From the NCBI GenBank assembly GCA_965203445.1, contig OZ241883.1, positions 416,001 to 480,000 of the forward strand: a DNA stretch of 64,000 nt, written 5' to 3'. The notes under the pieces are model-generated. The model did no database searches and was not told where the DNA came from. It saw only the letters and a program-made list of their open reading frames with translations. The translations under genes were made by a program, and so were the position numbers. Positions within the stretch are counted from its first letter, which is position 1, and every line of letters starts with the position of its first letter. Origin of the DNA: Candidatus Oxydemutator sp. Lineage in GTDB: Bacteria > Pseudomonadota > Gammaproteobacteria > Poriferisulfidales > Oxydemutatoraceae. Positions 50,614 to 59,091 of this stretch are shown piece by piece.

Positions 50614-52671
50614 TCAGATCTCTGATACTTGCAGTTTTTCCCCTATCACACGTTCCCAGTTTTGTAGAGTCGCGCAATAGTATGGGAGTGGTTTGCCCTC
50701 ATACTCAGCGATATGCAGATTTCCTTCGCCAAGCAACAGTGTCAGGATTGGGCGTTTCAGTTCATCTTCTTTCCGGGGATCTTCGGGGCTTTTGCTTTCC
50801 TTGATGAGGTGGTACAACTGGCCGCCATAAACCCCGATTCCATCCTCTCCACTAGGCATCGCCCTGGGTACGCGACAGTACTTGGTATTGCGCTCCTTCA
50901 ATTTCTCCAATAGCTTGTTTTTAACGTCAGCCATTGCAGCCGAGGCCGCTTGAATTACTTCTTGAGCACCAGTGTCTTCAATAACTTGAGTCTGCTGTTC
51001 CTCCTTACATATATTACCCATGTAGACTTCACCGAAATCGCGCAGGCGAACGGGAAGAACAAAGGGTTGGTGCGGTGCACTCCACATGTAGCAGTTGCCG
51101 GGAATGGGTTCCGCAATAAGATGAGCCAGAATATCTGACGAATAGTGAGAGTTGTACTTGCCGAGAACACTGGCATCACCCTCGGAGAGTAAATGAAAGC
51201 AGAACCAGTTGTCCGCCTGACTAAGCAGTTCAGGTGCCATCGCACCGGGCTGTTGCGTGACGAGCATGGCCCCAAGATCGTACTTGCGCCCTTCCTTCAC
51301 CCATTCGACATAGGGACTGGTATCGTCCAGGTTACGGCCGAGGACACTCTGCGCTTCCTCGACAACGGCAACAACGGGAATGATCGGATTTCCGCCCGTA
51401 AAGTGTTCCTGATTGTGCGAGAAAATTTTTCGGAGAAGCAATCCGGCGAGTTTATTGCCCGCACCAGAACTCAACAGGCTGATGTCGATCACAACGACTT
51501 TCCCCTTCGCCAGAGCCTGTAGCGTTCCCGACAAGACTTGGCTGTCCGGATCATGGAGAGTACGTACGACACCAGACATATTGCTGCGGGCAGCTGCGAT
51601 TTCCGCCGTTGACTGAGAAATTTGTCCTATAGCGTAGCCAAGGAGTGTGCCGACTTCCTTATCATCGGCCTGTAGTCCCTTTTCGTAAATCAGCTCAACG
51701 AGCTTGTGCCAGTTAGCATTGGAGACACTCTTGAGTTTGAGTACATTCTGTTGGGATTGGCGATCGGAAGAAACTGCGATGCCGATGACGTCGCGCGGGG
51801 AAAGGTCCCGGATATCGAGTTTCACCTCGCCAGCCTTCCAACTGCCATAGTATGCGCTTGGTGCCTGTCGGTTTGTGAACACCAGAAGTTTTTCCTTCAA
51901 ATCTGGGACGTCGCACAGTCCAGGACGGCCCGCCACACGGTCAGGCCAGAAATACTCGCCATCAGGGTCGAAAATCAGGGTGCCGACGGGACGACCGTTA
52001 GCCGTCGTTGGTTGCGTCTGATACAACTCCGCAATGAGGAACTTGACGAGATTCGACTTCCCATAGCCTGCGCGCGCAAAGACGACGGAGCGTCGAGAAA
52101 CAAGGTTCTTTATATCGAAAGTGACCTGAAGGCGGGGATCAAGAGATATTAATTCCGGCTGTGTCTGTTTGTGATCGGCTCCGCTGAATACGAACTCACC
52201 CAACACGTACTCTCCTAATTCCGTCTTGCCCCGGCTCAGTTTGCAGAGTTCCTGCAAAACCCTCTCGCTGGGCAAAGCGACCTGTGCACCGAGATGCGGG
52301 AGCCTGCGTTGTGAGGGGACGTATATGATACTGTTGCCGTCCGTGCGCACCGCCCCAAGCAATTTCACTTGCACGCGATACTTGAGACGCTGCTCCTTCA
52401 AGTCCTCAGGCACCTTCTGTTGCCTGCGTTGCATCGTGTTGACGTAATCTTCTCCTTCCGGCGCCGCCAGTAATCCAGAAGGAACAAAACGGGTTATGCG
52501 TCCAAGCGAAGCTTCCTCTGGTGACCCGAGTTCGACGAGAAGAAATTGCCCGAGTTGTGGACGGTCGAGCATACTGGCGTCGTACGGAGCAACAATCTCG
52601 GCTGCAAACTCATATCCGCGTTCGTTGAATCCTTTGAACGTTCCTACGATTTTCGAATTTGCGAACAGCAT
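50614..52671 (-). CDS. HerA/DUF87 ATPase
   Basis: HAS-barrel-like N-terminus, Walker A ARAGYGKS, DPDGEY, Walker B VVEEAQ, EGRKY, TQQP. Confidence 0.88.
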   Translation of the reverse strand: MLFANSKIVGTFKGFNERGYEFAAEIVAPYDASMLDRPQLGQFLLVELGSPEEASLGRITRFVPSGLLAAPEGEDYVNTMQRRQQKVPEDLKEQRLKYRVQVKLLGAVRTDGNSIIYVPSQRRLPHLGAQVALPSERVLQELCKLSRGKTELGEYVLGEFVFSGADHKQTQPELISLDPRLQVTFDIKNLVSRRSVVFARAGYGKSNLVKFLIAELYQTQPTTANGRPVGTLIFDPDGEYFWPDRVAGRPGLCDVPDLKEKLLVFTNRQAPSAYYGSWKAGEVKLDIRDLSPRDVIGIAVSSDRQSQQNVLKLKSVSNANWHKLVELIYEKGLQADDKEVGTLLGYAIGQISQSTAEIAAARSNMSGVVRTLHDPDSQVLSGTLQALAKGKVVVIDISLLSSGAGNKLAGLLLRKIFSHNQEHFTGGNPIIPVVAVVEEAQSVLGRNLDDTSPYVEWVKEGRKYDLGAMLVTQQPGAMAPELLSQADNWFCFHLLSEGDASVLGKYNSHYSSDILAHLIAEPIPGNCYMWSAPHQPFVLPVRLRDFGEVYMGNICKEEQQTQVIEDTGAQEVIQAASAAMADVKNKLLEKLKERNTKYCRVPRAMPSGEDGIGVYGGQLYHLIKESKSPEDPRKEDELKRPILTLLLGEGNLHIAEYEGKPLPYYCATLQNWERVIGEKLQVSEI

Positions 52672-52672
52672 A

Positions 52673-53836
52673 TCAGGCCTCCTTATATCTGAGGTTCGTC
52701 AGCGTCCGTCCCAGATGCTTCATGCGAAGCAAGCGTTCAGATTCTTCATCCGTAAGTCTGCTGCACATTCCTTGAAGCAGCATGTCCTGGAGATCCTGAA
52801 TCTCGAGCCCCGACAGCTTTGCGAAATTGTGCGCTTTCTGGATACACATCGGGTAGTCCGGAATAGGAAAACCTTGCTGCGCATCAACGGTCAGTTGTCC
52901 GAGGATGCGTTCCGCCTGACCAGCCTGCCACTCGGCAACGTCAACGGGCCATACAGGATCCATAGGTCTATCACCGAATTTAACGAGATAGAGTTTCCCA
53001 AAGGACTGGTATAGTCGCCGGCCGGTGTCGTCCTCGTCAGTGGTTTCATACGTGTCGAGCCAGGTACGATCGAAGTTGTAGCACTCGGCCTCAATATCCT
53101 CATCAACCCGAACAAAGCATGGATAAGGTTTGTGAAACGTGGCTTCGAGTTCCAGGGCGACGGCAAGTCGACCGAGTACGGCACTTTGCTTGGCTACCCC
53201 GACTAACGACAGTTGTGCGTTTTCCTTTGCATGAGTGGCAACACCGGCACGGATTTTCTGATCAAGCAAAGGAAACATGTCTCGGGTGAACGATTTGGTT
53301 CGGAGAAGACCATCCCGCACCAAAATTGTATCCCCTCCCCATTGGAGGTTGGGGTTGGCGACGAGATCATATAAGACGGCCCATTCTACAATGTCTCGAT
53401 AGCAGCGCATTGCCCCTGTACTCTTGCCGGGCGTTCCAATCCCTCTGATGAGATACGACATCTGTTCGAGGGTTTTGCCCGTGTCTTGGGCCAACCGCTC
53501 CAGGGGTGTAACTGTATGTCCCGAATCCTGTTTGGTTCTTTCTTCCAGTTCTTCAATGCTGATGGTGCTGGAGACAGCGTCGAGCACATGTTCCTTACCA
53601 CGCGAATCAACCACGCGCACAAGTTCGACAATCGCCGGATTGAAGGCAAGACGGTTATCACCTCCATCCGCAGAGACGAATGAAACGGCATTAACGGAGT
53701 AGGAACGGAGTGGTTTCACTCCATCCCGAAGGCGTTTCGCGTACTCGCGAAACTTTTGGAGATGAGGGACTTCGGAGTTATACGCCTTCATCACCTTTCG
53801 TCTGAGTTCCTCTCTATCCAGGTTAGCGAGTGACAC
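52673..53836 (-). CDS. NurA-like nuclease
   Basis: VSADGG, RDIVEW, LVRDGLL, VGVAK, DYP....AH; directly upstream of herA; start GTG 53836 or TTG 53887. Confidence 0.75.
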   Translation of the reverse strand: MSLANLDREELRRKVMKAYNSEVPHLQKFREYAKRLRDGVKPLRSYSVNAVSFVSADGGDNRLAFNPAIVELVRVVDSRGKEHVLDAVSSTISIEELEERTKQDSGHTVTPLERLAQDTGKTLEQMSYLIRGIGTPGKSTGAMRCYRDIVEWAVLYDLVANPNLQWGGDTILVRDGLLRTKSFTRDMFPLLDQKIRAGVATHAKENAQLSLVGVAKQSAVLGRLAVALELEATFHKPYPCFVRVDEDIEAECYNFDRTWLDTYETTDEDDTGRRLYQSFGKLYLVKFGDRPMDPVWPVDVAEWQAGQAERILGQLTVDAQQGFPIPDYPMCIQKAHNFAKLSGLEIQDLQDMLLQGMCSRLTDEESERLLRMKHLGRTLTNLRYKEA

Positions 53837-53840
53837 GTTC

Positions 53841-55007
53841 TCAGCCCATTGTCTCAGCGATTGTATGGAGTCGACGCAGGTTGGCAATGGTTCCTCCCAG
53901 GTTCCAGTTTCTCCATTCAGGGAACCGTTGTGCTCGAGGAAACGCCCATCGCTCGGCCCAATACTCGGTAATCTGGCTTGGTGTCTGCGTTATGTACTCA
54001 GGATGCACTGCTTTTCCAAGAAGAAAGTCGCGTGTATTGCCAGCGAGAGGGATGACAAAAACTTGCCGACGGATTCCGTGCTGAAGAATGTCGGCCTTTA
54101 TTCCCAATTCTGTTGCAGCTTGGCGAATGACCCGTATACGCCAATTTGGTCCATTACCGAATTTGTTTCCTTGGGCATAGGAGTGATTGCGACGGATGAG
54201 GACGTCCCGCAGTTGCGTGAATGTGTCTTCGTCAATATGAAAGTGTCCATAGCCCTGAGAATACCACGTTGGAACTTGATGATTTTCAACATTCGTGAGA
54301 AATGCAGTTCCCTGCGGAATGCGAAGGCGGTTGTATATGGATGATCGTCCAAGTGCCGACGATGTCGTCAGAAGAACAAGTTGTGGTTTCTTTTTCTTTT
54401 CACTTATTACACCCCGATAGTTGCGATACTTCAGGTGGAAATTTCTTACTATCTCGCTGGAGGTAGCCAACAGGGCCACCAACTTACCGCCTAAGATCTT
54501 GCTGTATGGCGGTAAGGCCCCAAGGACAAATGCGTCCATCGTGTGGATTAGACGATCTTTGCGTCCGTTGGCATCCCAACCAACCCAAGCGTCTCGCGGC
54601 GTGAGATTAAAGACGGGATCAGTCAGTCCGATAATACCGATGAGCTTCCCGTTGTTTTTATCTCTGACAAGGTAGCGCATACGCCTCCCGAAGCCTTTGC
54701 TTACTGGAATTGACCAAAGAAGTGAGGCGGCGTTGAATATTTGGGAGTCACAGGTTCCTCCTGCCACAGCAGTTAATTGAGGCTCGATCTCAGAAATATT
54801 AATTTCACGTGGATTGGCGAGATACTGGCGCAGAAGACCAATGTGATGCTCAAAGGAGCCATTCATAGTAGCCATAGTGGCCAAACGTTTTCCTGAGTGG
54901 AACACGCGAATCTGCTTTTTGTTTAAGGTGCTGGGCAAGGATGGAAACTGCTCGGCTACGCTAAGCAGATGTCTTCGTAGGGAATATTCCTTGGGGGTGA
55001 GTTTCAT
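53841..55007 (-). CDS. DUF4338 (Druantia DruA-like) protein
   Basis: WSIPVSKGFGRR.RYLV, GKLIGI, RD..VGW, MDAFVLGALPPY..LGGKLVA, TTSSALGRSSIYNRL. Confidence 0.85.
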   Translation of the reverse strand: MKLTPKEYSLRRHLLSVAEQFPSLPSTLNKKQIRVFHSGKRLATMATMNGSFEHHIGLLRQYLANPREINISEIEPQLTAVAGGTCDSQIFNAASLLWSIPVSKGFGRRMRYLVRDKNNGKLIGIIGLTDPVFNLTPRDAWVGWDANGRKDRLIHTMDAFVLGALPPYSKILGGKLVALLATSSEIVRNFHLKYRNYRGVISEKKKKPQLVLLTTSSALGRSSIYNRLRIPQGTAFLTNVENHQVPTWYSQGYGHFHIDEDTFTQLRDVLIRRNHSYAQGNKFGNGPNWRIRVIRQAATELGIKADILQHGIRRQVFVIPLAGNTRDFLLGKAVHPEYITQTPSQITEYWAERWAFPRAQRFPEWRNWNLGGTIANLRRLHTIAETMG

Positions 55008-55148
55008 GGGTAAGCTTGAGCGCGTTCTCTGTATTCCAGGGATTATGTGGCGCGCAATAGAAAATTGACTTTTGTTAGCGTCCGGCTCTCGGCGGGCGGG
55101 CGCGATATTTGCCGCGCCGATGCGACGGGAAGAGAGAGTATAAGCCGG

Positions 55149-55454
55149 TCAGGCGGGTTTGTAGCGTCGGACTTTGATTTTGTCCGCACGGGCGCGCATT
55201 TGCGAGGCGTCATACCATGCCTGCATTCGCAGCAGCAGGTCCATGCCGACGCCGAATGCTTTCTCAAGGCGCAGCGCCATCTCCGGCGATAGCGCGGCGT
55301 TGCCGTTCAGCAAGGCCGAAAGCGTCGCGCGACGCACCCCCAGAATCGCAGCCGCCTTCGTTACGTTCAAACCCAATTCCTCGATGACTTCCGTACGAAT
55401 GAAACTGCCCGGATGCGGGGGAACCATGTTCACTTTGAGACCGCCAGTAACCAT
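55149..55454 (-). CDS. higA: HigA family antitoxin
   Basis: [22 protein letters not shown]. Confidence 0.9.
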   Translation of the reverse strand: MVTGGLKVNMVPPHPGSFIRTEVIEELGLNVTKAAAILGVRRATLSALLNGNAALSPEMALRLEKAFGVGMDLLLRMQAWYDASQMRARADKIKVRRYKPA

Positions 55455-55510
55455 CAGTGGTAATCCTCCAAAGTGAGGCGATCAATATGACCGCTTATCA
55501 CGTCTCCAAG
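55454..55510 (-). pseudogene. 3' remnant of HigB toxin
   Basis: ...LEDYH-stop overlapping the higA start; 5' part replaced. Confidence 0.55.
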
Positions 55511-55637
55511 TGTACGGCGATACCGCTCATAGCACAAGTGTGTGTATAAGGCCAGAAACATACTGGACAGGTTGTTGACCCGGCCAAGTTTGATGTGTAT
55601 GTTCCTTACACATGCATATTGAATACAGACGAGTTCC

Positions 55638-55913
55638 ATGGCCAGAGTGCAGTTGATAATCCCTGACGAGGAGCGCACCCGGTTTGCCCACCAGGCACGC
55701 CGGGAAGGCATGTCCCTGAGCGCCTGGCTGCGCGCCGCGGCCCGTGAACGGCTTGCGCGGCAATTGAAAACCGGACGCTTTGAATCCGAAGCGGAACTCG
55801 CGGCCTTTTTCGCCGAATGTGACAAATTGGAAGGCCCGGGCGAGGAGCCGGACTGGAGACAACACCTGGTCACCATCAACGAATCCCGCGGGCGCGGCGT
55901 ATCAAACACTTGA
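55638..55913 (+). CDS. RHH/VapB-like antitoxin, orphan copy
   Basis: Near-identical to 58398-58673. Confidence 0.75.
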   Translation: MARVQLIIPDEERTRFAHQARREGMSLSAWLRAAARERLARQLKTGRFESEAELAAFFAECDKLEGPGEEPDWRQHLVTINESRGRGVSNT

Positions 55914-55947
55914 GCTGCCGGGTTTGATTCGCGGACGGCGGGCACGG

Positions 55948-57186
55948 CTACAGTTTTTCCCACAGACGGCGCGTGGGGACGGCGTGAAGCTTTTCCCCGA
56001 AGCGGATCATTTTCCCCCCGTTATAAACCACCGCGCCGCCGGCAAAGGCGTCCCCCATCGTGGATTGCAGGCGGCGCAGGCCGCGAAAGTCGGAAGGGGA
56101 AATGGTGGCCGAGGACTTCACTTCCACGCCGGCGACGGAGTGCACGCTGCGTTCGATAACGAGGTCCACTTCCACGCCGTCTTTGTCGCGGTAGTGAAAA
56201 AAATCATGCCTTTCATCGTGCCCGTCCGCCTGCCGCCTCAATTCCTGCAGGACGAAAGTTTCCAGCAGTTGTCCGAGCAACGCGCGGTCGTTTCGCAGTT
56301 CCTCCGCGTCCACTTTCAGCAGCGCGCAGGCAAGCCCGGTGTCGGCCAGATGCAGTTTCGGGGTCTTGACGAATCGTTTGCGTCTGTTCGCGTGCCACGC
56401 GGGAATTCTTTCCAGCAGAAACAGCCGCTCCAGCAAAGAGATATAACCTTGAATCGTCGGTCTGCTGTGCTGAAAGTATGCCGCGAGTTTATTGACGTTC
56501 AAAAGCCGCGCCGTGGAGGCCGCCGAAAACGCCAACAGTCTCGGCAGATCCTCGACCGACCGGATGCGTGAAATCGTGAATGCATCGCTATTGGCTATGG
56601 TTGTCAGATAGCTTTGGTACCACTCGATGCGACGTGTCTTGTCGGAGTATTCGAGGGCCGCCGGATAACCGCCATATACTATTCTTTGCGCGGGATCGGT
56701 CAGCGCGACTTGCCAGCGGTTCGGAAACTTTGCCGAGAACAGCAAATCCAGAAAATCCGGTTTTTTGTGTTCCAGCTCGGTTTGCGCGAGCGGATGCATA
56801 CGGACGATTTCCATTCGTCCGGCGAGCGAATCGGAAAGTCCGCGCACGTGCAGAACGCTGACCGAGCCGGTCAAAATGAAGCGCCCTGGAACGCGGTTTT
56901 TGTCAACGGCGAGTTTTATCTGTGAAAAGATTCGGGGAGATTTCTGAATCTCGTCCAATATGACTTTTCTCGGCAGAGAATTGACAAAGCCCACGGGGTC
57001 GTTCAGGACGTAATCCAGGGTTTGTGCATCGTCCATGCTGATATAGACATAGCCCGCGGATTTCCCCACTTTCTGCGCGAGCGTCGTTTTGCCACACTGA
57101 CGCGGCCCATGAATCAGCGTAACCGGAGTGTCTTTCAAGGCCCTTCTCAGGCATGGTTCCACGTGGCGGGGATGCAGTCTTTTCAT
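55948..57186 (-). CDS. AAA ATPase with DUF4143-type C-terminus
   Basis: GPRQCGKTT, LDEIQ, LTGS, SLAGR, KTPK..DTG, EVDLV...EVK. Confidence 0.9.
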   Translation of the reverse strand: MKRLHPRHVEPCLRRALKDTPVTLIHGPRQCGKTTLAQKVGKSAGYVYISMDDAQTLDYVLNDPVGFVNSLPRKVILDEIQKSPRIFSQIKLAVDKNRVPGRFILTGSVSVLHVRGLSDSLAGRMEIVRMHPLAQTELEHKKPDFLDLLFSAKFPNRWQVALTDPAQRIVYGGYPAALEYSDKTRRIEWYQSYLTTIANSDAFTISRIRSVEDLPRLLAFSAASTARLLNVNKLAAYFQHSRPTIQGYISLLERLFLLERIPAWHANRRKRFVKTPKLHLADTGLACALLKVDAEELRNDRALLGQLLETFVLQELRRQADGHDERHDFFHYRDKDGVEVDLVIERSVHSVAGVEVKSSATISPSDFRGLRRLQSTMGDAFAGGAVVYNGGKMIRFGEKLHAVPTRRLWEKL

Positions 57187-57213
57187 ACGGTTTATTATGT
57201 CCGCAAGTGGGAC

Positions 57214-57295
57214 TGATTGCAAGTTTATATATAGGACGATTAAAAGTTCAGTAAGAGGATGATTGCAAGTTTCATGTATGGCTGATTGAAAGTAT
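57214..57295. repeat. four direct repeats with 23-bp period
   Basis: TGATTGCAAGTTT (57214), CGATTAAAAGTTC (57237), TGATTGCAAGTTT (57260), TGATTGAAAGTAT (57283). Confidence 0.75.
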
Positions 57296-57325
57296 TTTCA
57301 CCCCGTAAAAAGCGGCAGGCTGCCG

Positions 57326-58204
57326 CTATCCGTGCCCGATTTTCCAGACGCCCTTTTCTCGGAAGGCCGGGATGGTCTGGCGGCGGGCGGCGTTGGTGAC
57401 GGCGGGTGCCGAGAGTTTTTGTTGCCTGATGTAATCGGACAAGCGGACGATTCGTTCTCCTTTCAGGTAGGCAGTCCGTTTGTGCAGAGATTCCATCAAG
57501 GCCAGGAACAGAATCTTTTCCATCCCCTTTGTCCGGCCGTTGGCGTCGTAATCGCGCAACGCCTGATAGTAGACCTGCTTTTCTTTGTTGCGGATTATGA
57601 CGCAGGGAAATCCCGACTCCAGCAGCTGGAAATTGACGAGCACCCGTCCGATGCGGCCGTTGCCGTCGCAAAACGGATGGATGGATTCAAAATCCAGATG
57701 GAATTTTGCTATTTTGTCGAGAAAATAAGCGTTCATATCGTTTGCGCAGGAAAGCAGAATTTCGCTCATCATTTCTTCGACGTGTTCCGGCGGAGGTGCT
57801 ACGTGATAACCGACGCGCACGAACTCGCCCTGCCGCCGAAAGCGCCCGGCGATGGAGTCGTCAATGCCGCCCATCAGCATATTGTGGAGCAGCAGTATCA
57901 GGTCTCTGGTCAGCGGTTCTCTCTCCGCGGCCCTGTCGCGCTCGTATGCGATCACACGCGCCAGGTTTTTCGCCTCGAACATTTCCCGAATGGATACGTT
58001 TCGGGATAACTTGGTCCCCAGCAGGATTTTCTCGGTCTCCCGCAGGGTCAGCGTGGAGTTTTCTATCGCGTTGGAGTTATAGACGTTCTCCGGCGTTTCC
58101 GCCTCGTCAATCAAGGCCAGCAGGGATTCCTTGCCGGTTTTGAGGGAGGCATATTCCTCCCGCAAACGTTGGATTCTGTCTCTGATGGACGGGGAGATTG
58201 CCAT
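57326..58204 (-). CDS. Fic family protein
   Basis: SNAIEN inhibitory motif, HPFCDGNGRIGR, small C-terminal HTH-like domain. Confidence 0.93.
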   Translation of the reverse strand: MAISPSIRDRIQRLREEYASLKTGKESLLALIDEAETPENVYNSNAIENSTLTLRETEKILLGTKLSRNVSIREMFEAKNLARVIAYERDRAAEREPLTRDLILLLHNMLMGGIDDSIAGRFRRQGEFVRVGYHVAPPPEHVEEMMSEILLSCANDMNAYFLDKIAKFHLDFESIHPFCDGNGRIGRVLVNFQLLESGFPCVIIRNKEKQVYYQALRDYDANGRTKGMEKILFLALMESLHKRTAYLKGERIVRLSDYIRQQKLSAPAVTNAARRQTIPAFREKGVWKIGHG

Positions 58205-58397
58205 AGGGAAATTCTACCTGTATTCACGCAATAAGTGCAAAAAAACGTGAATTCAGGCACCAAAAACGGGGCTATTCACGATTTCGGGTAGTGTGTATAA
58301 GGCCAGAAACATATCAGACATTTTGTTGACTTGGCCAGGTTCGATGTGTATGCTTCTTACACATGCACATTGAGTGCATTGAATACAGGAGAGTTTC

Positions 58398-58673
58398 ATG
58401 GCAAGAGTGCAGTTGATAATCCCCGACGAGGACCGCACCCGGTTTGCCTACCAGGCACGCCGGGAGGGCATGTCCCTGAGCGCTTGGCTGCGGGCCGCGG
58501 CCGGTGAACGGCTTGTGCGACAGTCGAAAACCAGACGCTTTGAATCCGAAGCAGAACTCGCGGCCTTTTTCGCTGAGTGCGACAAATTGGAAGGCCCGGG
58601 CGTGGAACCGGACTGGAACCAGCACCTGGCCACCATAAACGAATCCCGCCGGCGCGGCATATCAAACACTTGA
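58398..58673 (+). CDS. RHH/VapB-like antitoxin
   Basis: MARVQLIIPDE...AR.EGMSLSAWLR; overlaps the PIN gene. Confidence 0.8.
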   Translation: MARVQLIIPDEDRTRFAYQARREGMSLSAWLRAAAGERLVRQSKTRRFESEAELAAFFAECDKLEGPGVEPDWNQHLATINESRRRGISNT

Positions 58674-59065
58674 TCTTCGTAGATACCAACGTATTCATGT
58701 ACTCGGTGGGCCGGGCACATCCGCTGCAGGAACCGGCCCGCGAATTTTTTGCCGAGTCGGACCGCAATCAGACACCGTTATGCACTTCCGCGGAAGTCTT
58801 ACAGGAACTGGCCCATGCTTACCTTCCCGTGCAGCGACAACGAACGCTCGAGGCTGCCATGTCGCTTGTAATCAGGGCGGGAATTGAGGTTTGGCCTTTG
58901 GAGAGCGAGGATGTACATCTCGCCTGCCAACTGCATGAGCAGTTCCCCACCCTTGGCGTAAGAGACCTCTGCCACCTGGCAAGTTGCCAGCGACACGGAG
59001 CGACCAGTATCAAGACCTTCGATAAAGCCCTCGCCACTGTCGCAAACATCCCGAAAAATATATAG
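58670..59065 (+). CDS. vapC: VapC/PIN toxin
   Basis: IFVDTNVF, EVLQE, RDLCH, TFD; TTG start. Confidence 0.88.
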   Translation: MIFVDTNVFMYSVGRAHPLQEPAREFFAESDRNQTPLCTSAEVLQELAHAYLPVQRQRTLEAAMSLVIRAGIEVWPLESEDVHLACQLHEQFPTLGVRDLCHLASCQRHGATSIKTFDKALATVANIPKNI

Positions 59066-59091
59066 AGGGAAATGGTGCTATATTCTGTTGT

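Noticed and set aside
57214-57295. Possible mini-CRISPR
   Set aside because: Repeats of about 13 bp and spacers of about 10 bp are far too short; no cas genes. No CRISPR array was seen anywhere in the window.
47700-59065. Integron cassette array
   Set aside because: No attC-like sites or intI recognised; genes lie in mixed orientations with their own promoters.
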